64,000 nt of DNA from positions 1-64,000 of the IMG/VR virus record IMGVR_UViG_3300032307_000652; one strand, given 5' to 3'. Each line of letters opens with the position of its first letter. Position 1 is the stretch's first letter. Shown here in pieces: positions 30,171 to 39,937 of the stretch. The translations under genes were made by a program, and so were the position numbers. The notes under the pieces are model-generated. The model made no database searches, had not been told where the DNA came from, and was given only the letters and a program-made list of their open reading frames with translations. The DNA comes from a virus.

Positions 30171-31301
30171 TTAAATAACATACATATTTCTTGGGAACGC
30201 TCTAAACTTCATTTGTTTGTTTAAGTTTTCAGCAAGTAATGCTTCTCGTTCCATTATTTTTTCAGGACGTAACCTTGTTAATCTGCCATCGGCACCAATT
30301 AACTCTTCAATTAATTTTAATTTTTCGTCTTTACCTTCAGTCGCCAATGAAGCGTAATCCATTGTTAATTCAGAATCAGGTGTTTTTAAATTTCCTGAGT
30401 ATTTTCCTCTTACTTTGGCTAGTGTTTCTTTACATCCCGCAACAAAATATCTTCTAACCCATTGTTGTGCCGGTTCATTTAAATCCGCCCAAGCAATTGA
30501 ATTCATAGGGACATCTGAAGGTAGTTTAATAATATCAGGGTTGGCGGCCAAACAAGCATCTCTATCTTCAGGGCCAACATCATAATACCAATACCAAACT
30601 TGTGAGTGTCTTAAAGATGAATTACCAAAGTCAAATTTACCGCCAGGTGTCTGCATCAAATGAATCGCTTTTTTACCATTAGGTAAACCTGTAATTCTAT
30701 AAGTTAAATCACCGGCAATAATTCTTCTTTGAATATTAATTTCTTGTAATCTTAGTAACATATCAAATGCTGGCATCATAAAGTATGAACCAGTATAACC
30801 CATTTGTGAATAACCTGCCGGTCCACCCATACCATAACCACCTAACGCCCCAAAACTCCATGGGTCAAATAATACATTTGTTAATTCAGATGGTGTAAAC
30901 CATAATAATTCATTAATTTCACGACCTGCTGGAATTTCATAAATTTGTTGGTTTGGGACTAACGTGATATAATCTTTTTTAAGAACCCAATCTCCAAGTG
31001 GGGATGATTGTAAACCAACTATTTTAGAATATGCTTGGGCATATCTATTTTCAAAATCTAAACTTTTAGTAACGAAAGCTCTTGATAAAGATTGTGTATC
31101 TAAATTTAAGTTATTTAATGAAGTCCATTGTGACTCAATTAACCAATCTTGAACGTATTGGGCGTAATCCCCAATAGAAAATTCTAAGATTGAGTCCATT
31201 TGTTCATCTTCCAATTCAATAGAACGAATTGGAGCTCCTAATACGTGTCTAACTTTTGTGTATAGTTGACTTCTGTATGGTTCGGCGATTATTGTATTCA
31301 T
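30171..31301 (-). CDS. neck protein (T4 gp13-like)
   Basis: LGAPIRSIELEDEQMD; WVRRYFVAGCKETLAKVRGKY...EGKDEKLKLIEEL; TATTTATA at 31324-31317. Confidence 0.75.
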   Translation of the reverse strand: MNTIIAEPYRSQLYTKVRHVLGAPIRSIELEDEQMDSILEFSIGDYAQYVQDWLIESQWTSLNNLNLDTQSLSRAFVTKSLDFENRYAQAYSKIVGLQSSPLGDWVLKKDYITLVPNQQIYEIPAGREINELLWFTPSELTNVLFDPWSFGALGGYGMGGPAGYSQMGYTGSYFMMPAFDMLLRLQEINIQRRIIAGDLTYRITGLPNGKKAIHLMQTPGGKFDFGNSSLRHSQVWYWYYDVGPEDRDACLAANPDIIKLPSDVPMNSIAWADLNEPAQQWVRRYFVAGCKETLAKVRGKYSGNLKTPDSELTMDYASLATEGKDEKLKLIEELIGADGRLTRLRPEKIMEREALLAENLNKQMKFRAFPRNMYVI

Positions 31302-31324
31302 GAAGTGATATTTTTATATAAATA

Positions 31325-32830
31325 TCAATTCAGAGTATAAATTAAATCTTGTGTTGGGATTTTAAACATACTTGAACTAAAAGCTACTGTTTTGTTTTTA
31401 AAAATATAAACTTCTTTGTTAAGATTTGAGAAAATTAATAAGTCGGTATTAAATTTTTTGACAAACCCTTTGATTTTAATATGGTAAAAACCTTCAATTA
31501 CTTCCATATTTAAAATTGGTTTTACTTGAGCTGTTTGTATTTTATCATCAAAATTAACTGTTAAATCTGTACCCGCAAAATCTTCTTTTGAACCTAAACT
31601 ACCTACGATAACCGCGGTACCATCTCCGAATTCTTTATTGATTTTTTTAGCGACATACTCCTCAAGTTGACCACCTTTGTCATGTGTTCTTTTTAAAAGT
31701 TTCATAATTTTATCAAGAGTTTTAGAACCTTTAAAAATTCTTTCACCAAAAAAACTCAGATATTCACAAAATTTATTTATTTCTTCTACTTGTTGTGAAG
31801 GTGTTACCCCAATAAAATTTAATGTGGGTTTATTTAGTTTTGTAAGAACAGCATTTAAATCATCAACTAAAATTTTAAACCCAATATAGTTTGTATTTAA
31901 TTTATTAATTACTGAACGACCTGGTTGTTCTAAGTCGTAAATACCTGAAGACGAACCTTCAGAGTATTGATTGTTTTCACGCCACTTATCAGATAAAACT
32001 CTTTTTAATGTATTATCAATACATCTTCTATAAGTCCAAAGAACATTTTTATTATTACTAAAAATATCTGAATAATCAGATACGTTTTCGTATAAAAGTT
32101 TTTTTTGTGAAATTGACTCGTTCAATTTTTTTTCAGTTTTTGATTTGTATAACTCGTTAACAAATTCCCAATTAATTACGTCCCAAAAATTTTCAATATA
32201 TTCGTCTCTTTTGTTTTGGTATTTTAAATAATAAGCGTGTTCCCACAAATCTAAACCTAACAACGGAAAACCACCTTTGTTTATTATGTTCATAAGTGGG
32301 TTGTCCTGATTTGAAGTTGACATAACTTTTAATCTACCAGTATCGGTTAACACTAACCAACACCATCCTGAACCAAATCTTTTTCTTGAGATTTCTTCAA
32401 ATTTAGTTTTGAAGTTACGATATGTTCCAAATTGTTTAACAATCTTTTCAAACACTTCACCACTTGGTTTTTGTGGGGTTGGTGATAACATCTTCCAAAA
32501 CAATGCGTGATTAAATGCTCCACCTGCGTTGTTTCTTATTGTTGTATTATACTTTGAAATTTGTTTAACAATGTTTTCTAATTCAACATCACCATAATCT
32601 TTTTTACGAAGAGCTGAATTTAATTTTTTCACATACCCCTTGTAATGTTTTTGATAATGAAACTTCATTGTTTCGGGGTCAATAAATCTTCTTAATGATG
32701 CGTATCCATAAGGTAATTTATCAATACCTATGGTTTTCATTTCGTTAATAAAAAATTTGGTTTCAGGTTGAGTTTCCTCACCTAATATGCGACTAACTAA
32801 TGACTCTGATACTAAATTTAACGATTTCAT
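31325..32830 (-). CDS. Mn/Fe superoxide dismutase fused to a C-terminal PD-(D/E)XK-like domain
   Basis: HYQKHYKGY, NNAGGAFNHALFW, FGSGWCWL, NQDNP, DLWEHAYY; ~250 extra aa with GGQLEEYV...DFAGTDL...AQVKP; TATTTATA at 32842-32835. Confidence 0.85.
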   Translation of the reverse strand: MKSLNLVSESLVSRILGEETQPETKFFINEMKTIGIDKLPYGYASLRRFIDPETMKFHYQKHYKGYVKKLNSALRKKDYGDVELENIVKQISKYNTTIRNNAGGAFNHALFWKMLSPTPQKPSGEVFEKIVKQFGTYRNFKTKFEEISRKRFGSGWCWLVLTDTGRLKVMSTSNQDNPLMNIINKGGFPLLGLDLWEHAYYLKYQNKRDEYIENFWDVINWEFVNELYKSKTEKKLNESISQKKLLYENVSDYSDIFSNNKNVLWTYRRCIDNTLKRVLSDKWRENNQYSEGSSSGIYDLEQPGRSVINKLNTNYIGFKILVDDLNAVLTKLNKPTLNFIGVTPSQQVEEINKFCEYLSFFGERIFKGSKTLDKIMKLLKRTHDKGGQLEEYVAKKINKEFGDGTAVIVGSLGSKEDFAGTDLTVNFDDKIQTAQVKPILNMEVIEGFYHIKIKGFVKKFNTDLLIFSNLNKEVYIFKNKTVAFSSSMFKIPTQDLIYTLN

Positions 32831-32843
32831 TAATTATAAATAC

Positions 32844-34604
32844 TTACTTACTATTGATTTCGTTAAGTATTTGTTCAACAATATCTACAGAATTTTCATC
32901 TACATCACCCATAACCGTACCAATAATCTGTTTCTTCTTTATAAGAATGTCGTAGATAACACCTTCGATTGTATTTTCAAATAGTGGGTAGTACACTGAA
33001 ACTGAATTTTTTTGACCGTATCTGTAAGCTCTGTCTTCCGCCTGACTATGTTCTGCAGGAACAAATGATAAGTCATTCATAATAACCGCTTCACCTGCCG
33101 TGAGTGTTAATCCAACACCTGCCGCTTTCATATTACCACAAAAAACTTGTATTTTATCACTTTCTTGGAACTTGTCAACAGCATCTTGTCTTGCAGGTTT
33201 TGATGTTGACCCATCTAAATAAACAGATTTCTTACCAAAATGTTCGTGTATCTTTTTAAGTGGTTCAGTAAAGTTACTGAAGATAATAACTTTTTTACCC
33301 TGCTCAATAATGTTCTCAGCAAGTTCAATTGTAATCGGTATTTTTTCTTCTGCAATAACTTGTCTTACTTTCATAAGTTTTGTAAACTGAACTGATAATG
33401 ATTTTGATTCATCTTGTCTGTTATTATACCAATCATAATACTCACCCATCAAACCTTCGTATAATCTTGATTTCAAACGAAGGTAAACAGGTGTCATAAT
33501 TTTTTCAGGTAAATCTAAAACATCAGTTTTTAATCTTCTCAAAATTTGACGAGAAGTTCTTTCTCTTAACTCCTCCAAGTTTGATGCTCCTGTCACATTC
33601 CAAATCTTTTTACCTCCAACTCTAAACTGATATCCACCACAATATCTAATAGCATATGCTTGCCAGTTTTGACTTACAGGACTATCAATAAGTTTTAAAA
33701 TATTGTAGTAATTCATTGGACGAGAAGTCATTGGTGTTCCCGTTAGTAACCATAATTTTTTAATATTTTTGGTTACATCCATTATAATCTTTGTTCTTTG
33801 AGCTTGAGCATTTGAAACGTAATGTGCTTCGTCAATTACAACCAAATCAAATTTTGAATTAAGGATTGTTGAGTTTAATTTATCTTTTGGGTCGTGGAAG
33901 TTTTTAAGAATGTCGTAGTTAACAATCACGTAATCCGCTTGTTCAAACTTTTTACCCTCACAGATATAAACTGACTTGTCGGTATAGTTTTTAATTTCTC
34001 TTTCCCAATTTATTTTGAGTGATGCTGGACAAATAATTAAAACTCTATTTGCTCCACTTTCTAAAGATGCAATAACGGTACTTGTTGTTTTACCAAGTCC
34101 CATATCATCCGCTAAAATAAACTTGTCGTTCTTTAATAACTTTTCAATTGCTTCTTTTTGGTGAGCAAGTGGTGGTCGGTTCTCATATTTTGTATAATCA
34201 ACATCAACCAAGTTTTCAGTGTATTGTTTAATAACCGCTGCTTTGGGTATCCAAAAATCATGAATAGTCTCACCACTAAAAATCTTACCCCAAATATGAT
34301 ATGATTTATCTTTCTCAATTAAAATCTTTTCAACATAGATTTTATCAGGTTCCTTAATAAATGGATTATCGGCAACAAGTTTTTGAGAAAAATACGAGTC
34401 AATCTCAACCCATTTCTTGGCAACTTTTGGAACTACTGAATTATATTCAATAACATAATCACATTGGGCTCTCGTAGGGACATATTTTTTATTTGACTCA
34501 ATCTGTTTTTTTAATTTAAGGATATAGTTATTTGAGCCCTGATAATTTTCAAGAATGGATATTGCCTGTTGTTCAACACTTAAATGTCCCGTGGAAGTCG
34601 TCAA
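32844..34604 (-). CDS. SNF2-family (SMARCAL1/HARP-like) helicase
   Basis: LADDMGLGKT, ICPASL, DEAH, LTGTP, GVGLTLT, QAEDRAYRYGQ. Confidence 0.92.
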   Translation of the reverse strand: MTTSTGHLSVEQQAISILENYQGSNNYILKLKKQIESNKKYVPTRAQCDYVIEYNSVVPKVAKKWVEIDSYFSQKLVADNPFIKEPDKIYVEKILIEKDKSYHIWGKIFSGETIHDFWIPKAAVIKQYTENLVDVDYTKYENRPPLAHQKEAIEKLLKNDKFILADDMGLGKTTSTVIASLESGANRVLIICPASLKINWEREIKNYTDKSVYICEGKKFEQADYVIVNYDILKNFHDPKDKLNSTILNSKFDLVVIDEAHYVSNAQAQRTKIIMDVTKNIKKLWLLTGTPMTSRPMNYYNILKLIDSPVSQNWQAYAIRYCGGYQFRVGGKKIWNVTGASNLEELRERTSRQILRRLKTDVLDLPEKIMTPVYLRLKSRLYEGLMGEYYDWYNNRQDESKSLSVQFTKLMKVRQVIAEEKIPITIELAENIIEQGKKVIIFSNFTEPLKKIHEHFGKKSVYLDGSTSKPARQDAVDKFQESDKIQVFCGNMKAAGVGLTLTAGEAVIMNDLSFVPAEHSQAEDRAYRYGQKNSVSVYYPLFENTIEGVIYDILIKKKQIIGTVMGDVDENSVDIVEQILNEINSK

Positions 34605-34661
34605 AATATTTTAATTAACTATACAACTATAATAATAATCAAAAAAGAAATATTTATCAAT

Positions 34662-35177
34662 ATGTCAAATAGAATAGTTCCAATAACAAGATTAGGTAAA
34701 TTTTTCGGAGCGGAAGATTACAACTTAGATATTAGTATGGGGAGAGAATGGTTAGAAGGTGATATGAACTTCACTCTTGTACTATATCGTGTTGACAAAC
34801 AGAAGACAAATGTTGATGATGTTTATGGTGAGGCGTCGGTTGATGGGATTAAATTTTTACCCCCTGTTGAGTTTAAGGCTTTTTTACAAATTGTTGCCCC
34901 TGAAAATAAATTTCTTGGGTCAAGTAAGATTAATCAAATGGAACCAGGTAACGCAAGAATTTCTGTTTACCAAAAACATTTAGATGAATTAGAAATCGAT
35001 ATTGAACTTGGAGATTATATTGGATATTATGAAACTGAAACCCAAGTGAGGTATTATGTGGTTAATAATGATGGTCGTGTTGTTTCAGATAACAAACACA
35101 CATACGCAGGATATAAACCATTTTATAGAACAATAAACGCATCTCCTGTAATGGAAAACGAATTTAGAGGATTATAA
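34662..35177 (+). CDS. head-closure/neck protein (T4 gp14-like)
   Basis: Likely start ATG 34662 after TATTTATC (34651-58); VLYRVD...DDVYGE...F.PPVE; precedes the tail terminator. Confidence 0.55.
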   Translation: MSNRIVPITRLGKFFGAEDYNLDISMGREWLEGDMNFTLVLYRVDKQKTNVDDVYGEASVDGIKFLPPVEFKAFLQIVAPENKFLGSSKINQMEPGNARISVYQKHLDELEIDIELGDYIGYYETETQVRYYVVNNDGRVVSDNKHTYAGYKPFYRTINASPVMENEFRGL

Positions 35178-35178
35178 A

Positions 35179-35337
35179 ATGAAAATTATTATTTCTGAAA
35201 AACAATTAAGAATGATTGTTGAGACAATACAAGATGGTAGGGTGATTTGTGATTGTGGTTGGTCTTGGGACTTATCTGACGGAGGAAACGACCCATATAT
35301 TTGTCATAAATGTGGTAATAATAATGAAGAAAAATAA
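35179..35337 (+). CDS. 52-aa zinc-ribbon protein (not in ORF track)
   Basis: MKIIISEKQLRMIVETIQDGRVICDCGWSWDLSDGGNDPYICHKCGNNNEEK; fills the gap exactly and its TAA overlaps the next ATG. Confidence 0.8.
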   Translation: MKIIISEKQLRMIVETIQDGRVICDCGWSWDLSDGGNDPYICHKCGNNNEEK

Positions 35338-36389
35338 TGGCGTTACCTAAAATTAAAAAAACTTTACCTTTAACATACCCTCCTGTCGGTTATGAAAGAA
35401 GATTAGAACTTCTTGAAGATATCAATAAGGACGGAACTTACTTGCCTAAATCTATTTTACATGAAGATTTAGATAGAGGTTTTTTGGATTTTGTTAAAAA
35501 CGATTTAAAAACGGTTGTTGGTGGAAAAGTTGTCAGAGTTGTTGATATATTAATGACAACTCAGAATTGGGCTCAATTCACACAAACTTGGGATTTTAAT
35601 AACATTGATAAAAATGTTCAACCTCCAATTATTACAACAGTAAGAACACCTGAAGTAAAATTTGGGTCATTACCTTCATTAAGATATAATATACCAAATA
35701 GAAAACAATATTATTATGCTGCGGTCCCAACATGGGATGGACAAAGAAAAGGTATGGATATATATACTATTCCACAACCAGTTCCTGTTGATATAAAATT
35801 TTCAGTTAAAATTATCTGTAATAGAATGAGAGAATTGAATAAATTCAATCAAATTGTTATCGAAAAATTTGCGTCTCGTCAAGCTTATACTCAAATTAAA
35901 GGACATTACATTCCAATAACACTTGACGAAGTATCTGATGAATCGGTTATGGATGTGGAAAAAAGAAGATATTATATACAATCTTACGCTTTCACACTAC
36001 AAGGATTTTTAAGTGATGAAGAAGAATATGAAGTTAAACCTGCAATTAGTAGGAGTTTAATGTTAGTTGAGTTAGACAACAGAAAGAAAAAAGTAAAAAG
36101 AAAACAATACCCACCAAATCCTGACCAATATGTTTTTAATGCTAATTTTCCTGTAGGTGTAACTTCTTATACTCAAACATTTAGTTATTCGGCAAATATT
36201 AATATTAATGGTGATGTTAATATAAACACGTATGAATTCTTAATTAACGGGTTATATTATGGAAACAATATTACAACATTACCCGCTGGTGTGATACAAA
36301 TTAATACAAATGATATTTTAACTATTAATATTGTTAAAACAAATAACGCTCAACCATCGTCATTTAATTTAGTTTCAACACTAATCTAA
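35337..36389 (+). CDS. tail terminator / sheath stabiliser (T4 gp15-like)
   Basis: PQPVPVDIKFSVKI...LNKFNQIVIEKF; position before the sheath gene. Confidence 0.65.
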   Translation: MALPKIKKTLPLTYPPVGYERRLELLEDINKDGTYLPKSILHEDLDRGFLDFVKNDLKTVVGGKVVRVVDILMTTQNWAQFTQTWDFNNIDKNVQPPIITTVRTPEVKFGSLPSLRYNIPNRKQYYYAAVPTWDGQRKGMDIYTIPQPVPVDIKFSVKIICNRMRELNKFNQIVIEKFASRQAYTQIKGHYIPITLDEVSDESVMDVEKRRYYIQSYAFTLQGFLSDEEEYEVKPAISRSLMLVELDNRKKKVKRKQYPPNPDQYVFNANFPVGVTSYTQTFSYSANININGDVNINTYEFLINGLYYGNNITTLPAGVIQINTNDILTINIVKTNNAQPSSFNLVSTLI

Positions 36390-36535
36390 CGTTCCCCGTA
36401 GATATCTTTTTTTTCCTCACAATTATCCTTAATTAGTTTTTCTAAAAACTTATGAATTTTTAAACCATGTTTCATACAGTAGTCCTTTAGGATTTTATGA
36501 CTGTCAGGGGATATTTTTATATTCTTAATTTCCAA
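36386..36535 (-). CDS. 49-aa ribbon-helix-helix DNA-binding protein (not in ORF track)
   Basis: TTG start; MEIKNIKISPDSHKILKDYCMKHGLKIHKFLEKLIKDNCEEKKDIYGER; TATTTATA at 36577-36570 upstream. Confidence 0.7.
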   Translation of the reverse strand: MEIKNIKISPDSHKILKDYCMKHGLKIHKFLEKLIKDNCEEKKDIYGER

Positions 36536-36553
36536 GGTAGAAAAAAGGTAGAA
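36534..36553. promoter_or_regulatory. direct repeat AAGGTAGAA x2 (11-bp period), putative operator
   Basis: Copies at 36534-42 and 36545-53, between the late motif and the RHH start. Confidence 0.5.
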
Positions 36554-36569
36554 TTTATTCTTACTGATT

Positions 36570-36621
36570 TATAAATAGTTAGTAATGCCATTAGTTTTTG
36601 ATTAGAATGACAATATTTATC
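36570..36621. promoter_or_regulatory. divergent putative late promoters (RHH gene / tail sheath)
   Basis: TATTTATA on minus at 36577-36570; TATTTATC on plus at 36614-36621. Confidence 0.65.
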
Positions 36622-36655
36622 AATAAATAAATTTTTAAAAACATTTAAAATAAAC

Positions 36656-39600
36656 ATGGCAACATCAAACAAAGTTTTCGTCTCGCCGGGTGTATATACA
36701 TCAGAAAGAGACTTATCATTTGTTTCACAAAGTGTCGGAGTTACTACTTTAGGTATAGTTGGGGAAACCTTGAGAGGTCCAGCGTTTGAACCTATATTCA
36801 TTTCAAGCTACGGAGAATTTGAAACTTACTTCGGTAGTACACTTCCTGAAAAATTTGTGAATACACAAATCCCAAAATATGAAGCTGCATACATTGCTAA
36901 ATCATATTTACAACAATCAAATCAACTTTTTGTAACAAGAGTTTTAGGTTTATCAGGTTATGACGCAGGTCCTTCTTGGTCTATCACAACAGTTGCTAAT
37001 GTTGATTGTAATACTATTGGAATTACTGGTGGAACTTCATTTAGTTTTGACTTTACGGGTTCAACCGCATCAACAACTTCAATACAGTTTACTTCAGCAG
37101 TCCCTTCAGTGATTTCAGGTAATACTTATTACTCAAATAACTACACAGCATTTGATGGTACTAATTCATCAATATTGTCAGATTTAAGAAGTCAGATATC
37201 AAGTATTTTATCAACTAATTCATTATCTGCAACATCAGCATATTATTTTGGTCCTGTTTCAGGAACTCAAGTTAACGCAAATGTTGTTGCGGGTTTAACT
37301 TCCGCAACAAATGTGTTTGATGTTGATAGTATAAGTGCTTCAACAATAGATTATTGTTCAGGTACAAATGACGCTTGGTTCTATGCTAACTTCGTACCGC
37401 CAGCAACAGGTGAGGCGTATTACGGAAACTCTTTCTATACTAATATTAGTTCTTTATCAGGAAGTGCGTTTAGTACCGCTGGAAGTTTTACAGGAACTGT
37501 TTCAGGTTATTATTATGGATTTTCAGGTTTAACTTATTCAGGTTATAATGATTTAGTAATTGCGACACTTCGTTCAAGAGGGGTAACTAATTATTCATCT
37601 ACTCAACATGGTCCTGAATATCAAGTAACAGGAACTTCTGACGTTCAAATGATTTGTACAGGAAGTTACTCTGCGGTAACTCAAAATCCATTTGCGACAT
37701 TTGTAATTTCAGGTTTAAGTTACGATTCAACATCATTTAGTTTTGAAACGTCTTTTACACCTTCAAACGCTAACTTTATAACTAAAGTATTTGGAGTTGA
37801 AAACTTCGCTAAAGACCAATCTGAAGTTCCTTTGTTTGTTGAAGAAAGATATTCTACATTGTTATCTTACGGATATAATAAAGGATTTATTAGAGGATTA
37901 AATTGTTCTTTAATATCTTTACCTGAAGCAAGAAATAATAATATTGATTCAATCGCATATTATTTAGAAAGATATCAAACTCCACAATCACCATGGGTTG
38001 TTTCAGAATTACGTGGTAATTTAGTTTACAGATTATTCAGAGCTGTTACAATTTCTGACGGAAATGATGCGAACGCTGAAATTAAAATTTCAATCGCAAA
38101 CATTTCATTTAACAATGGAACATTTGATTTAATTGTTAGAGATTTCTTTGACACAGATTCTAACCCTGTTGTTTTAGAGAAATTCACTAATTGTAGTATG
38201 AATCCTGGTGAAAACAACTACGTAGCTAAAAAAGTTGGTAGTTCAGATGGTGAGTTCGCAATAAAATCAAAATTCATTATGGTTGAAATTAACACGGAAG
38301 CTCCAGTTGACGCTCTTCCTTGTGGTTTTGAAGGTTTTGAAACTCGTAAATACACAGGTGCTAAATCACCGTTCCAAATTTATAAAACAAAGTATGACTA
38401 TCCTGGTGAAGTTATTTACAACCCACCATTTGGAACTACTGCTGGTTTAGATAATGCGGTTCAAAGTTCAGGTGATAACATAAGAAGAACTTATTTAGGT
38501 ATTTCTTCAGCAGTGGCTTTCTCATCAGACTCACCAGGTTATGACCCTGATTTCTTCCAATATAAAGGAATGCCAAATCCAATAACAACAACTTGTACTG
38601 AGCCAAGTCATGTAAGTTGGGGATTACAAACTAAAGGTTTCCACATGGATAGTGGAGCAACTTCGGTAACAATAGCAAATGTTTACTCAAATAGTGGACA
38701 AACAGCGTTTTATGTTGGAGCTGGGTCATTTAGTTCTGAACCTACTTCACAAACTAGCCCATATTACTTCTTGTATTCTCGTAAGTTTACTTTCTTGGTA
38801 CAAGGTGGTTTTGATGGATGGGATATCTATCGTGAATACAGAACAAATGCTGACCGTTACAGATTAGGTAACACTGGTTATAAACAAGGAGCGTTAGCGG
38901 GTTGTGTACCTTACACAGATGCTACAGGATGGGGAGCGTTTAAACAAATCACAGTTGGTGATAACACAGTTGATTACGCAAACACTGACTATTATGCATA
39001 CCTATTGGGTGTTCAACAATTCGCAAATCCTGAGGTAACAAATATCAATGTGTTAGTAACACCTGGTATTGATTATGTTAACAATGGTGATTTAGTAGAA
39101 CAAGTAATTGATATTGTTGAGAATGACAGAGCGGACTCAATCTACATCTGTACAACTCCTGATTTCAATTTATTACAACCTTCAACTTCAATGGATAATT
39201 TAATTTACCCACAAGAAGCGGTTGATAACTTGGAAAACACTAATATTGATTCTAACTATACCGCAACTTACTACCCATGGGTTCTTACTCGTGATACGGT
39301 AAATAACACTCAAATCTATATTCCAGCAACGGCTGAAGCAACAAGAAACTTCGCGTTAACAGATAACATCGCGTTCCCATGGTTCGCAACTGCTGGTTAT
39401 ACAAGAGGTGTGGTAAATGCGGTTAGAGCTCGTAAGAGATTAACTCAAGAAGATAGAGATACTCTTTACAAAGGAAGAATTAACCCAATCGCAACTTTCA
39501 ACGACGTTGGAACTGTTATTTGGGGTAATAAAACTCTTCAAATTAGAGAGTCAGCTCTTGACAGAATTAACGTAAGAAGATTGTTATTACAAGCTCGTAA

Positions 39601-39871
39601 GTTGATTTCAGCAGTAGCCGTAAGATTATTGTTCGAACAAAACGACAACTTAGTAAGACAACAATTCTTAGATTCTGTTAACCCAATCTTAGATGCGATT
39701 CGTAGAGATAGAGGTTTGTATGACTTCAGAGTTACTGTTCAAAACACACCTGAAGACTTAGACGCTAACCAAATGGTAGGTAAGATTTACATCAAACCAA
39801 CTAAAGCTCTTGAATTCATTGATATTGAGTTCTTAATCACTCCAACAGGAGCATCGTTTGAAAATATCTAA
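36656..39871 (+). CDS. contractile tail sheath protein (T4 gp18-like) with S/T/G-rich insertion
   Basis: FVSPGVYTSERDLS, GPAFEP, PWFATAGYTRG, LYKGRINPI, WGNKTLQ, RINVRRLL, IKPTKALEFI. Confidence 0.96.
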   Translation: MATSNKVFVSPGVYTSERDLSFVSQSVGVTTLGIVGETLRGPAFEPIFISSYGEFETYFGSTLPEKFVNTQIPKYEAAYIAKSYLQQSNQLFVTRVLGLSGYDAGPSWSITTVANVDCNTIGITGGTSFSFDFTGSTASTTSIQFTSAVPSVISGNTYYSNNYTAFDGTNSSILSDLRSQISSILSTNSLSATSAYYFGPVSGTQVNANVVAGLTSATNVFDVDSISASTIDYCSGTNDAWFYANFVPPATGEAYYGNSFYTNISSLSGSAFSTAGSFTGTVSGYYYGFSGLTYSGYNDLVIATLRSRGVTNYSSTQHGPEYQVTGTSDVQMICTGSYSAVTQNPFATFVISGLSYDSTSFSFETSFTPSNANFITKVFGVENFAKDQSEVPLFVEERYSTLLSYGYNKGFIRGLNCSLISLPEARNNNIDSIAYYLERYQTPQSPWVVSELRGNLVYRLFRAVTISDGNDANAEIKISIANISFNNGTFDLIVRDFFDTDSNPVVLEKFTNCSMNPGENNYVAKKVGSSDGEFAIKSKFIMVEINTEAPVDALPCGFEGFETRKYTGAKSPFQIYKTKYDYPGEVIYNPPFGTTAGLDNAVQSSGDNIRRTYLGISSAVAFSSDSPGYDPDFFQYKGMPNPITTTCTEPSHVSWGLQTKGFHMDSGATSVTIANVYSNSGQTAFYVGAGSFSSEPTSQTSPYYFLYSRKFTFLVQGGFDGWDIYREYRTNADRYRLGNTGYKQGALAGCVPYTDATGWGAFKQITVGDNTVDYANTDYYAYLLGVQQFANPEVTNINVLVTPGIDYVNNGDLVEQVIDIVENDRADSIYICTTPDFNLLQPSTSMDNLIYPQEAVDNLENTNIDSNYTATYYPWVLTRDTVNNTQIYIPATAEATRNFALTDNIAFPWFATAGYTRGVVNAVRARKRLTQEDRDTLYKGRINPIATFNDVGTVIWGNKTLQIRESALDRINVRRLLLQARKLISAVAVRLLFEQNDNLVRQQFLDSVNPILDAIRRDRGLYDFRVTVQNTPEDLDANQMVGKIYIKPTKALEFIDIEFLITPTGASFENI

Positions 39872-39889
39872 AAAATAATATCTAAAAAG

Positions 39890-39916
39890 ACCCTCACAGA
39901 AATGTGGGGGTTTTTT
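39890..39916 (+). terminator. intrinsic terminator (GAAA tetraloop)
   Basis: ACCCTCACA-GAAA-TGTGGGGGT followed by TTTTT. Confidence 0.88.
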
Positions 39917-39937
39917 ATTTTGTTAATATTTATAGTT

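Noticed and set aside
34584-39937. Upstream starts given in the track for 34584 and 39902
   Set aside because: These extensions run across the TATTTAT motif, a terminator or the opposite gene; ATG 34662 and ATG 39938 fit better
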